Notes: generated from the letters alone by a model not told the origin. 64,000 nt of DNA from Thermodesulfobacteriota bacterium (GCA_040755455.1 JBFMAY010000001.1:135896-199895); one strand, 5' to 3'; positions 10,703 through 25,800 are shown, counted from the stretch's first letter. A program made the numbers and translations.

Positions 10703-13700
10703 GGATCAAACGGCTCGAACTGAAGGCCTTTGGACCTTTCACGGACCGGACCCTGGAGTTTCATGGCGAAAGATTTGGTCTGCATGTCATCTATGGTCCC
10801 AATGAGGCGGGCAAAAGCAGTTGCCTGCGCGCCCTGAAGGCCTTGCTCTACGGCTTTCCGGAAAGGACGGCGGACGGGTTCCATCATCCCAATGAAAATC
10901 TGCTGCTTGCCGGCGGACTGCTGACCGATGACGGCCGGGAGATTTTCTTTCAGCGCCGCAAGAAAAGAAAGGCGGATATCCTGGATGCGGCGGGCAATCC
11001 GCTGGCCGATGGCGCCCTGGCCGGCTTTCTCCCCGTCAAAGACCAGGGGCTGTTTGAGTCCCTGTACGGCATTGATCATGCCGTGCTGGTGCAGGGCGGG
11101 GAGGATATCCTGGCCCAGAAGGGCGAGGTCGGACAGGCCCTTTTTGCCGCGGGCTCCGGCATCTCCTCCCTGCGTTCCATTCTCGATGACCTTGAGGCGG
11201 AGGCTGAAGAGCTGTTCAAGGCTCGGGGATCAAAGCAGCAGCTCAATACGGCCATAGCCGAGTACCGGGACCTGCAGAGGACGGTCAAGCAGGCCAGCCT
11301 TTCCAGCCGGCAGTGGCAGGAGCACCAGCACAAGCTCGACCAGGCGGTCAAGGAACGGCAGCGGCTGCAGGATGAGCGCGAGGCAAAACAGCAGCAGGTG
11401 TATCATCTGGAGCGGTTAAAACGGGCCATTCCTTTTCTTGCCAGGAGGGTGGAGCTTACGCAGCGGCTGCAGGAGCTGGGTGAGGTAAAGCTGTTGCCTC
11501 TCGATCTTGCCGACAAGAAGCGGGAGGTGGAACAGCAGCTCCGCGAAGCAGAGCTGCAGCGGCGCAAGGACTGCGGCAGTCTGGAAGTCCTCCGCCGGAA
11601 AAAGGAGGGGGTGGCGCTTAATCAGATGCTGCTTGAGCACGCCGGGGCCATTGCTGATCTGCACCAGCGCCTGGGCGAATACCGCAAGGGGGCGCGGGAC
11701 CGGATAAGACTTGCGGGAATGCGGACCAGCGACCGCATGGAGGCGGCGGAGCTGCTGAAGCGCATCCGGCCGGACCTGCCGCTGGCGGATGTCGAGTTGC
11801 TGCGGCCGGTGCTGCTCAGGAAAAAAACAATCCAGGAGCTGATCAACAGTCACCATACCCTGGAGCTGCAGGTAAGCCAGGCCGCGAAATATGCCGGGGA
11901 GGCAAAACGGCAGCTCGAGGCCGTTGCCGCAGCCCTGGCCAAACTGCCGGCGGCTAAGGATGCCGGCGCCCTGGCCCAGGCGGTGAAAGCAGCCGGCAAG
12001 GCCGGGGCCATCGATGCCGAGATCAAGGCGAAAATCCGTGAGATTGCAAGTGACAGCAAGGGGTGCGCGGCGGATCTCACCCGGCTGGGCCGCTGGACCG
12101 GTGAGCTGCAGCGGATTGTTGATCTGCCCCTGCCCCTGCCGGAGACGGTCAAGGGCTTTGCTGGCCGTTATCAGGAGCTGGAAGAGGCCGGGCGGCAGCT
12201 GGTCAAGGAGAACCGGGAGACAGACCGGGAGTTGCGCCAGGCGGCAGCCGACAGGAAAAGGATTGAATACGGCGGGGAGGTGCCCACCGAAGAGGAGCTT
12301 GCCCGGGTACGCGGCAAGCGGGACCATGGTTGGGGGTTGCTGCGCCGGAAGTGGCTGGCGGGAGAAGAGGTGGACCGGCAAAGTCTGGAGTATGACCCGC
12401 TGCTCGCTTTGCCGGACGCCTATGAAAAATATGTGTCTGACGCCGATACGCTTGCCGACCGCCTGCGCCGTGAGGCGGACCGGGCGGCCGCTTTTGCCGC
12501 CGTCAGGGCCCGGCTGGAGAGTCTTGCGGCGGCTAGGCAGGAGCTCGACCGCCGGCAGGAGGAACTTGCCGGGCAGCGGCGGGACTTGGCCACTGCCTGG
12601 CGGGAGATCTGGCGGCCAAGCGGAGTCGAACCTCTTTCACCCGCGGAAATGGCCGACTGGCTCAATGAGGTGACGGTCATTCGCGCCAGGGTGAAGGAGA
12701 TCGGCAAAAAGCAGCAGGAGGTTGACGAAAAAAAAGAGCTGCGACAGAGTCTGCAACAAGGCCTGATCACCGAGCTGCAGCAGCTGGGTGTGGCCACGGA
12801 TTTCACCTCGGATGAGCTGGAGCCGGTCATCATTTTCAGTGAAACGGTGGTGGCGCAACATACGGCAAATCAGGCCGGACGAGAAAGGCTTTACGAGAAG
12901 AAACAGGAGGTTGCGGAGAGCCTGGACAGGAGCGGCATTGATCTGGCGGCGGCCCGACAGGCCTTAACGGAGTGGCGGGACGCATGGCGGGAGGCCGTGC
13001 AGGGCTTGGCGGCAGCCGGCGGCGGGGTGGAGCCGGCTGATGCCAGCGCGATGCTTGATGACCTGCAGGGTTGCTTTGCCAAGCTCAAGGAAGCCGAAGG
13101 ATACCGCCAGCGCATCACCGGAATTGACCGGGATGCCGGGCAATATGAGCAGGAGGTGCGAAGTCTCCTGCAGCGTGTGGCCCCAGAGCTGGGCGAGGCC
13201 CAGCTGGAACAGGCGGTGACCAGGCTGCAGGCCATGCTGGGCAAGGCAAACGAGGATAAGGCCCTGCTGGCCAAATATGCGGAGGACATGGAAGGCCTGG
13301 AAGGGGAAATCCGCCGTGGCGAAGAAACCCTGCAAAGCCTGCATGGCCAGATGGATGGTTTCTTCAGGCTGGCCGGCTGTCAGGACAGCGTCGCGCTTGA
13401 CGCGGCGATTTACCAGTCGGCCGAGTGGCGCGAGATCAAGAAGATGCTCGTTGAGGTCGAGACAACCCTGGCCGGGATTGGCGAGGGACTTGCCCTGGCG
13501 GAAATCGTCCGGCAGGCGCACGGTCTGCAGCCGGCCGAGCTGCCGGGGCAGATCGACGCCATCAAAAGAGAGATCAGGGAAGAGCTGAGTCCGCGGATTG
13601 ATGAGCTTTTCGAGGTAATCGGCCGGGAAAAAAACGAACTGGGGAAAATGGACGGCAGCTCCCCTGCCGCCGAGGCCGCGGAGAACTCCGAGCAGGTGCT

Positions 13701-14208
13701 GGCCAGGATCCGGCGGCTGGCTGACCGCTATGTGCGGTTAAAGCTTGCGGCAGGGCTGCTGCAGCAGGAAATCGAGCGATACCGGGAGGAGCATCAGGAC
13801 CCGATCCTCAAGCTTGCCGCAGGCTATTTCCGGCAATTGACCATGGGCTCTTTTACCGGCCTGCGCCCCGATATCGCTGACAACGGCCAGCCTGTGCTTG
13901 CCGGCCTGCGCTCTGAAGGGGCGCCGGTGGTCTATGTGCAGGGCATGAGTTCCGGCACCCGTGATCAGCTCTATCTTGCCCTGCGGCTGGCCACCCTGGA
14001 ATGGCGCCTGCAAGACGGGGAAACGATGCCCTTTATCGTTGATGACATTCTCATCAATTTTGATGACGAGCGGGTGAAGGCGACCATCAAGGTATTGGCC
14101 GGCCTGGCGGAAAAAACCCAGGTGATTCTCTTCACCCACCACCGGCAGGTGGTGGAGGATGCCCGGGGACTGGCGGGCAAAGCGCACATCCAGATCCATG
14201 AGCTGTAA
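10699..14208 (+). CDS. SMC/SbcC-like AAA ATPase (YhaN-type)
   Basis: Walker A 'GPNEAGKSS', then ~900 aa of coiled-coil-like sequence. Signature 'MSSGTRDQLYLALRLA' and Walker B 'PFIVDDILINFDDER' follow. The start overlaps the upstream stop (ATGA at 10699-10702). Confidence 0.9.
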   Translation: MRIKRLELKAFGPFTDRTLEFHGERFGLHVIYGPNEAGKSSCLRALKALLYGFPERTADGFHHPNENLLLAGGLLTDDGREIFFQRRKKRKADILDAAGNPLADGALAGFLPVKDQGLFESLYGIDHAVLVQGGEDILAQKGEVGQALFAAGSGISSLRSILDDLEAEAEELFKARGSKQQLNTAIAEYRDLQRTVKQASLSSRQWQEHQHKLDQAVKERQRLQDEREAKQQQVYHLERLKRAIPFLARRVELTQRLQELGEVKLLPLDLADKKREVEQQLREAELQRRKDCGSLEVLRRKKEGVALNQMLLEHAGAIADLHQRLGEYRKGARDRIRLAGMRTSDRMEAAELLKRIRPDLPLADVELLRPVLLRKKTIQELINSHHTLELQVSQAAKYAGEAKRQLEAVAAALAKLPAAKDAGALAQAVKAAGKAGAIDAEIKAKIREIASDSKGCAADLTRLGRWTGELQRIVDLPLPLPETVKGFAGRYQELEEAGRQLVKENRETDRELRQAAADRKRIEYGGEVPTEEELARVRGKRDHGWGLLRRKWLAGEEVDRQSLEYDPLLALPDAYEKYVSDADTLADRLRREADRAAAFAAVRARLESLAAARQELDRRQEELAGQRRDLATAWREIWRPSGVEPLSPAEMADWLNEVTVIRARVKEIGKKQQEVDEKKELRQSLQQGLITELQQLGVATDFTSDELEPVIIFSETVVAQHTANQAGRERLYEKKQEVAESLDRSGIDLAAARQALTEWRDAWREAVQGLAAAGGGVEPADASAMLDDLQGCFAKLKEAEGYRQRITGIDRDAGQYEQEVRSLLQRVAPELGEAQLEQAVTRLQAMLGKANEDKALLAKYAEDMEGLEGEIRRGEETLQSLHGQMDGFFRLAGCQDSVALDAAIYQSAEWREIKKMLVEVETTLAGIGEGLALAEIVRQAHGLQPAELPGQIDAIKREIREELSPRIDELFEVIGREKNELGKMDGSSPAAEAAENSEQVLARIRRLADRYVRLKLAAGLLQQEIERYREEHQDPILKLAAGYFRQLTMGSFTGLRPDIADNGQPVLAGLRSEGAPVVYVQGMSSGTRDQLYLALRLATLEWRLQDGETMPFIVDDILINFDDERVKATIKVLAGLAEKTQVILFTHHRQVVEDARGLAGKAHIQIHEL

Positions 14209-14229
14209 CGGAGCGCGGGCGCCAGCCGG

Positions 14230-16200
14230 TTAGCGCGCCCTCTGCTTTTTCTGCTGTTTGCATTCGTACATCAGGTTGTCCGCCCTGTTCATCAATTCTT
14301 CAATGGTGCTCGGCTGTTCAGGATCAAAGCGGACCACGCCGATGCTCATCGACAGCTCATAGCTCCGCTGCCCCGTGTTGTTTCTGGTCTGCATGTTCGT
14401 TTCAAGACGGTGCATGACGCTTTTTTCGTCAGCCGGGTCAATGAGCAGCACGGCGAATTCGTCGCCGCCCAGCCTGGCGATGGTGTCCGAGTCCCTGAAG
14501 GTGGAGCGGAGGAGATCGGCGGTCTCCATCAGCACCTGATCACCGGCGTGGTGTCCCAGGTGGTCATTGACCCATTTCAGATTGTCCACATCGGCATACA
14601 TCAGGAAAACATTTCCTTCCTGGCGCTTTGCCATCTGCAGCTGCTTGGTGGCCATGGTCATGAACCCGCGCCGGTTGAGCAGGGAGGTCAGCTCATCGGT
14701 GATGGCTATCTCCCGCAGTTTGGCCTCGCTCTGCCGCAGGGCTGTTTCTATTTTTTTGCGTCTGGAGATATTGATGGCCAGACAGACAATGCCGTAAATC
14801 TCGCCCTGGCTGTTCTTCATCGGCGAGGCGCTGAAATGGACCGGGATTTCCCGGCCCCATTTCGTCAGGTAGATCAGCTCGCATTCCCTGAGAATTTCCC
14901 CTTCATTGAGGTTGCTGAACGGGCAGGCGTCGGCTTCATCCTTTTTGAGGATGAACGCCAGAGGTTTGCCGGTCAACTCATGCTTTTCGTAACCGAGCAT
15001 GGCGATGGTGGAGTTGTTGATCGTCTCGATCCTGCCGGTCGGGCCGAGGACAATGAGGCTCTCCTGCATGGAACTGAGAATGGTGTTGAAATAATCCCGG
15101 GAAATGGTGGTCTCCTGCAGATTCCTGGTCATGGTATTGAAGGAACCGATCAGTTTGCCGATCTCGTCTTGTGACTTGATGTCGATGATTTCGCTGAGAT
15201 TTCCCTGGGAAATGGCCTTTGCCGCCTGGGTGAGCCTGGCCAGCGGCATGGTGATGCCGTTTGACAGGATGTAGGAGAGAAAACTTGCCAGGGCAAAGAA
15301 GATGACAAAAAGGATGATAAAGCCGATGCGCAGCTGCTGCACCTGCTGCATGAATTCCGCATGGGGCAGAACGGTCATGACCGTCCATTGCAGCTCCGGA
15401 ATGAAGGTTGCGGCGACCAGGGAATCTCTACCCCGTACAGTGGTGCGCTGAAAGGCCGGCATACGGTCCGGCTCCCGGAGAGCGGAAAAGGCGTCCGAGG
15501 CCTTTTCCGCCTCTGTCCGGCTGAAGTTGATCTGCATTGCCGAGGCGTCGGACGATGGAGGACTAATGGTGATGATATTGCCGATTCCGTCAATGAGCAG
15601 GAGATAACCAGCGGCGCTGAACTTGATATCAGCCAGGCTTTCGGCAATTTTCCGGTAGGGCAGGGTGCCAAGAAGCAGTCCGGCGAATCTGTCCTCAAAA
15701 TACTGGTGCCTGGCAATGGCCAGCTGCAGCACCGGCTCCTCGGACTGCGTCGTTGGCCCATCCTGGAAGATGAGGACCTTGTTCGGGTGGGCCAGGCTTT
15801 TGGTGAAAAAAGGCTGGCCGCTGTAATCAGCTTCATTCTGGGAAATCTCGCCGTCGGTAACCCGCAGCTCTTCGCTACCCTGTTCGTTGATGAAGCTGAG
15901 CGTGGAAAAATTGCCGTGAAATTCGGCCAGATAGGAGGAAAGGGCGGCTTCCCGGTAGTTGATGGAATAATTGATCACCTCCTGCCCGCCTGAGATGCGC
16001 TCCAGAAGATCGACCTTGGTTTTGAGATAGATGTTGACGGTTTGCACGGCGTGCCGGGTAATGAATTCAAGGTTTTGTTTCTGACTCTTTTCCAGGGTGG
16101 TAATCAGGTAAAAATAGGAAACATAGGCCAGCAGAAGGTTAGTAAGCAAAATAATCCCGCTGTGCGAGAGCAGAAGGGTTATTTTCAGCGAACGAAACAT
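14230..16200 (-). CDS. Diguanylate cyclase with Cache-like sensor, HAMP, PAS and GGDEF domains
   Basis: Two TM segments flank a periplasmic domain. HAMP 'MPLARLTQAAKAISQGNLSE' and a PAS domain follow. The GGDEF domain carries 'RLGGDEFAVLL' with an RxxD I-site ('RDSD') five residues upstream. Confidence 0.9.
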   Translation of the reverse strand: MFRSLKITLLLSHSGIILLTNLLLAYVSYFYLITTLEKSQKQNLEFITRHAVQTVNIYLKTKVDLLERISGGQEVINYSINYREAALSSYLAEFHGNFSTLSFINEQGSEELRVTDGEISQNEADYSGQPFFTKSLAHPNKVLIFQDGPTTQSEEPVLQLAIARHQYFEDRFAGLLLGTLPYRKIAESLADIKFSAAGYLLLIDGIGNIITISPPSSDASAMQINFSRTEAEKASDAFSALREPDRMPAFQRTTVRGRDSLVAATFIPELQWTVMTVLPHAEFMQQVQQLRIGFIILFVIFFALASFLSYILSNGITMPLARLTQAAKAISQGNLSEIIDIKSQDEIGKLIGSFNTMTRNLQETTISRDYFNTILSSMQESLIVLGPTGRIETINNSTIAMLGYEKHELTGKPLAFILKKDEADACPFSNLNEGEILRECELIYLTKWGREIPVHFSASPMKNSQGEIYGIVCLAINISRRKKIETALRQSEAKLREIAITDELTSLLNRRGFMTMATKQLQMAKRQEGNVFLMYADVDNLKWVNDHLGHHAGDQVLMETADLLRSTFRDSDTIARLGGDEFAVLLIDPADEKSVMHRLETNMQTRNNTGQRSYELSMSIGVVRFDPEQPSTIEELMNRADNLMYECKQQKKQRAR

Positions 16201-16306
16201 AATAGACCTTATAAACCTTGAGCCCCGGGAAACGGGACGGGGAAATCAGCAGCACAATCCCTGGGCCGGCTGCCGTGCCTTGCTTTTGCGAGACCTGCCA
16301 GCATGT

Positions 16307-17236
16307 CTACCGCCTTTTCAGGGCTGAAAAGGCGCCATGGTCGGCCATGATCTTCTCCGCCGCCGGGCTGTAAAGAAAATCGATAAAGTTTTTCACCTGC
16401 CGGCCCGGCTCGTCTTTCCATACCAGACCGAGCGGGATAACGAGCCGGTAGGCCCCCTGTGTCACGTTTTCCCGGTTCGGGGAAAGCTGGTCAAGCTGCA
16501 GCACAACAATGTTCGGCTGGTTTTCGGCCTCGGCCAGGCACGAGTAGCCGATGGTGTATTTGTATCTGTTGATCGCGGCGATGTTTTCCGGCGTGGTGTA
16601 GAGGATCTGTCCCACCGGTTTGTCGATGCCGTTGAATGCCGGTATGTGCTTTTCGATAATGGTGCGGGATGAATCCCCCTTTTCCCGGTTGGCCACGTAA
16701 ATTTTTTCAGGGGGCCCGCCCAGTTCGCTCCAGCGGGTGATGGCGCCTGAAAAGATGCCGGCCGCCTGCTGCCCGGTGATGCTGGTGACACCCGTCACGC
16801 TGCTGTTGACCAGGAAAACCACCGGTGAATCGGCAAAAAGCAGGTAGGAAAGGTTGAGTGCCTTCTCCTGTTCCTTCAACGGACGGGCCACCCGGCCCAG
16901 GTCACATTTGCCGGCTGCCGTGGCTTTGATGCCGCCGCTGCTTCCGATGGAGTCCTGCACGTCAATGCTTACGTCCGGATGGGACTGTTCATAGCTGGCG
17001 GCCAGATGACGCAGCAGATTCTGGCTGTCGCCGGAGCCGCAGATGATGATTGTCTGTTTGGCCGGATTGGGGGAAACCGTCTGCACTGTTTGTTCAGGAT
17101 TGCTGTCCGCCTGCAGTGCCGTGACGGGGCGGTCCTCTGCGTAATTTGCGGCGCTGCCGTAATGAGCGGCCGCACTGTTGATTGCGGTGCCCAGCAAGAG
17201 GAGCAGACCGGCCACAGGTAGCAATGTCTTTTTCAT
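16307..17236 (-). CDS. PstS-family (PBP_like_2) periplasmic substrate-binding protein
   Basis: Signal peptide 'MKKTLLPVAGLLLLLGTAINSAAA' with GGAG 10 nt upstream of ATG 17236. 'GSSGGIKATAAGKCDLG' and 'IFSGAITRWSELGG' are typical PstS-like motifs. Confidence 0.8.
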   Translation of the reverse strand: MKKTLLPVAGLLLLLGTAINSAAAHYGSAANYAEDRPVTALQADSNPEQTVQTVSPNPAKQTIIICGSGDSQNLLRHLAASYEQSHPDVSIDVQDSIGSSGGIKATAAGKCDLGRVARPLKEQEKALNLSYLLFADSPVVFLVNSSVTGVTSITGQQAAGIFSGAITRWSELGGPPEKIYVANREKGDSSRTIIEKHIPAFNGIDKPVGQILYTTPENIAAINRYKYTIGYSCLAEAENQPNIVVLQLDQLSPNRENVTQGAYRLVIPLGLVWKDEPGRQVKNFIDFLYSPAAEKIMADHGAFSALKRR

Positions 17237-17400
17237 GCTGATATTTCTCCGCTGGTGTGCTGAAGGGAAAATGGCTGACCAGCTATTCAATAACAAAGGC
17301 TATGTTTTTGTCAAGTAGGAGTGCAGAGGCGCATGGCCACCGGCAGGTTGTCATGCAAGAGATAAGATGGCCCATGCAGGCAAAATGTTTCACTTTAACT

Positions 17401-17460
17401 GGCATAAGGGGCCGCAACGAAATGGTCAGCAGGGTAATGGTTATTTCGTAACAACCCCTT
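17401..17460 (+). repeat. Copy A of a ~58-nt intergenic hairpin repeat (consensus GGCATAAGGGGCCGYAACGAAATG-N~19-GGTTATTTCGYAAC..CCC)
   Basis: Aligns by eye to 42687-42744 and 42788-42845. Both arms are conserved and the loop varies. It lies in the divergent region upstream of the CHASE kinase gene. Confidence 0.7.
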
Positions 17461-17505
17461 TGATCGTGTTCCGGAAAAAATCGACAATGTTTTCCGGTTT
17501 ATGAT

Positions 17506-22113
<4,608 letters not shown>

Positions 22114-22230
22114 CAGGCAGCGGGAACACAAGAGAGAATCCGTGGCCGGTGGAGGAGCTGCCTAAGCGCGGCCCTCTTCCCGGAGGGGCTTTGCCGGCCA
22201 GGGCATGTTAAACCAAGCAGGGGAGACACC

Positions 22231-22857
22231 ATGCGTATCCTGATCGCTGAAGACGACTTGACGTCGCGGGTCATGCTGGCGGCTGTGTTAAAGAAAGGTG
22301 GCCATGAGGTGGTGGAGACCACCAACGGCACGCAGGCCTGGGAGGCGCTGGGCAAACCCGATGCGCCGCGCCTGGCCATTCTCGACTGGATGATGCCCGG
22401 CCTGGACGGGCTTGATGTCGTGCGCCGAATCCGCTCCCTGCCCTCCCTGCCGCCACCGTACATCATCATCCTGACCGCCAGGGAGGGGAAAACCGATGTC
22501 ATCGCCGGTCTTGAAGCCGGGGCGGACGACTATCTGGCCAAACCCTTTGATCCGGGAGAACTCCTGGCCAGGGTTGCGGTCGGCCGGCGCATGATCCAGC
22601 TGCAGGAAAGATTGACGGACCAGGTGCGGGAACTGCGCGAGGCCGCCCGCCACATCAAAACCCTGCAGGGCATCATCCCTATCTGTTCGTTCTGCAAGAA
22701 GATCCGTGACGACCAGGGTTACTGGGACCAGGTCGAGGCCTATGTCAGCCGGCATTCCGAGGTCCAGTTCAGTCACGGCGTCTGTCCCGAGTGCCTGAAA
22801 AAAAACTACCCCGATTGCTGTGAGGACGACGGTGACGGCGAGGGCGAGCTGGTATGA
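22231..22857 (+). CDS. Response regulator: REC plus a C-terminal Cys/His-rich module
   Basis: REC 'RILIAEDDLTSR...ILDWMMPGLDG...KPF'. C-terminal 'ICSFCKKIRDDQGYWDQVEAYVSRHSEVQFSHGVCPECL'. SD GGGGAGA lies upstream. Confidence 0.9.
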   Translation: MRILIAEDDLTSRVMLAAVLKKGGHEVVETTNGTQAWEALGKPDAPRLAILDWMMPGLDGLDVVRRIRSLPSLPPPYIIILTAREGKTDVIAGLEAGADDYLAKPFDPGELLARVAVGRRMIQLQERLTDQVRELREAARHIKTLQGIIPICSFCKKIRDDQGYWDQVEAYVSRHSEVQFSHGVCPECLKKNYPDCCEDDGDGEGELV

Positions 22858-25800
22858 TGAATAACACCACATCCACCAGACCGGCGGCCAGGGCCGTGGT
22901 GGTCAATGACGACGTGAACCAGCTTAATGTGCTGTCCGGCCTGTTGCGCAGGGAAGGGATCGAGGTGCAACCATGGCAAAGCGCGGAGGCGGCCCTTGCC
23001 GCCATGGACCGGCACCGGCCACCTGATCTCATCGTCACCGACCTCTACATGCCGGTGATTGACGGCTGGCGCTTCTGCCGTCTGCTCCGTTCGCCTGAAT
23101 ACCCATCCTGCAACCACATCCCCATCCTGGTCATTTCAGCCACCTTTGCCGGCGACGAGGCCGCCCGCATCACCAGGGAGCTTGGCGCCAACGCCTTTCT
23201 GCCGGCACCGGTGGACGGCAAACAGTTCATTGAACAGGTGCGGGCGATTCTCGCCGGCCGGTTGTTGCGTCATATCCCCCGGGTGCTGCTTGTTGAGAAC
23301 AGTCCCACCCTGGCGGGCCTCCTGCAGAAGGCCTTTGAGAGCCACGGCTACCTGGCCGATACGGCCAGCACCGCCCGGACGGCGGCCGCAGCGTTCGCCT
23401 GCGCCGCTTACGACGTGGCCGTGCTGGACTATCACCTGCCCGATGCGACGGGGGATTTGCTGCTCGCGGATTTCCGGGCCGGGCGGCCTGATTGCGTCTG
23501 CATCATGATGACCACCGACCCGAGCCCCGAGCTGGCCCTGGCCTGGATGCGGCAGGGCGCGGCCGCCTATCTGCGCAAGCCCTTTGACCCTGCGTCCCTC
23601 ATCGAACTCTGCGCCATGGCCTGCCGGGAAAGAGCCCTGCTGCGGGTGGAAGATCTGCTGGAAAAAAGAAGCCGCGAACTGCGGGAGGCCGAATGCCGCT
23701 ATCGCACTCTCTTTGAGCAAAGTCCAGACGGGGTGGTGATTCTTCATCCGGGAACCGCCCAGCCGCTTGAATTCAACGAACAGGCCTGCCGGCAGCTCGG
23801 CTATTCCCGGGAAGAGTTCGCCCGCCTGCGCCTGTCGGACATCGAGGCGGCGGAAACGGCTGAAGAAAGTCAGGTCCGTATTGCCAACGTCATTCGCGAG
23901 GGGCACGACGATTTCGATACCCTGCAGCGCACCAAACAGGGAGAGATCAGGCACGTCCACGTGACGGCCCAGCTGATTGATGTGGGGGGGCGGCCGGTCT
24001 ACCACTGCATCTGGCGGGACATCACCGAGCGCAAACGGGCGGCGGAAATGCTGCGGGAAAGCGAGACGCAGGTTCGGGCCAAGCTCGACGCCATCCTGTC
24101 CCCGGCGGGAGATATCGGTCTGCTCGATCTGCGCGACATCCTGGATGTCCGGGCGATCCAGGAGCTGATGAACGATTTTTTCAGTCTGACCCATATCGGC
24201 GTCGGCATTATCGATCTGCACGGCAAGGTGGTGGTTGCCACCGGATGGCAGGATATCTGCACCAGATTCCACCGCCGCCACCCTGAAACCTGCCGGAACT
24301 GTATGGAAAGCGACACGGAGCTGTCCGCCGGGGTGCCGGCCGGAACCTTCAAGATCTATAAATGCCGGAACAACATGTGGGATATCGCCACCCCGGTCAT
24401 GGTGGGCGGCAGGCACATGGGCAACCTGTTCCTCGGCCAGTTCTTCTTTGCCGAGGATACCCCGGATCGTGACACCTTCGTGGCCCAGGCAAGGCAATAC
24501 GGGTTCGCTGAGGATGAGTATTTGGCCGCCCTGGAGCGCGTGCCGCGCTGGAGCCGGGAAACCGTCAACACCATCATGAGCTTCTATGCCCGCTTCACCA
24601 CCCTGCTTTCCACCCTGAGCTATAGCAACATCAAGCTGGCCCGGACAGTGGAAGAGCGTAGGGAAGCCGAGGAGGCGCTCAGGCAGAGCGAGGCCCGGCT
24701 GGCGGAATCCAATCAGCTCATGGCCGGGGTGCTGGATCATACCCACATGATGGTGGCATACCTTGACGCGCGGTTCAACTTCATCTGGGTCAATCGCGCC
24801 TATGCCCAAACCTGCGGGCAGGAGCCCGGCTTTTTTCCGGGCAAGAACCACTTCGCCCTCTATCCCCACGAGGAGAATCAGGCCATCTTTCAGCGCGTGG
24901 CGGATACCGGTGAACCGTTTTTCGTCGCCGCCAAACCGTTTGAGTTTCCCGATCAGCCCGAGCGCGGCGTGACCTACTGGGACTGGAGTCTGGTTCCCAC
25001 CAGGGATTCAGCGGGGAAGATCACGGGACTGGTTTTCACCCTGGCCGAGGTCACCAGCCGCATCCGGGCCGAGGAGACCCTCAGGCGGAGCGAGGAACTC
25101 CTGAATGCCACCCAGCGGCTGACCAAGGTGGGCGGCTGGGAGTGGGATCTGGAAAAACAGACCATGTTCTGGACCGAGGAGGTTTACCGCATCCATGGCC
25201 TGAATCCTGGCTGCGTCGCGCCGGGCGCGGCCGAACACGTGGCCAGGAGTCTGGAGTGTTACGATCCCGGGGATCGGCCGGTCATCCTGTCCGCCTTTCA
25301 GCGCTGCGCCGAGGAAGGGCAGGCATACGACCTGGAGTTCCCTTTTACGCCCTGCAGCGGAGGCAGGATCTGGATCCGGACCGGGGCCGAGGCCGTAATG
25401 GAGGCAGGTAAAGTGGTGCGGATAGTCGGCAACATCATGGACATCACCGAGCGCAGGCTGGCCGAGGAGACGCTGCGCAACAGTGAAGAGCGTTACCGTC
25501 TGCTCTTTGCGGCCATGGACTCGGCCTTCGCTCTGCACGAGATCCTGCGTGACGCAAACGGTTCGCCCTGCAACTACCGTTTCCTGGAAGTCAATCCTGC
25601 CTTTGAGAGGTTGACCGGGCTCAAGGCCGGGGAACTGATCGGCAAAACGGTTCTCGATGTCCTGCCGGAAACCGAACATCTCTGGGTTGAGCGTTACGGT
25701 CATGTGGTTGACAGCGGCGAGACCATCCATTTTGAGAATTACAGCCGGAATCTGAGCCGGCATTATGCGGTCACCGCTTACCGTCCCCGGCCAGGGCAGT

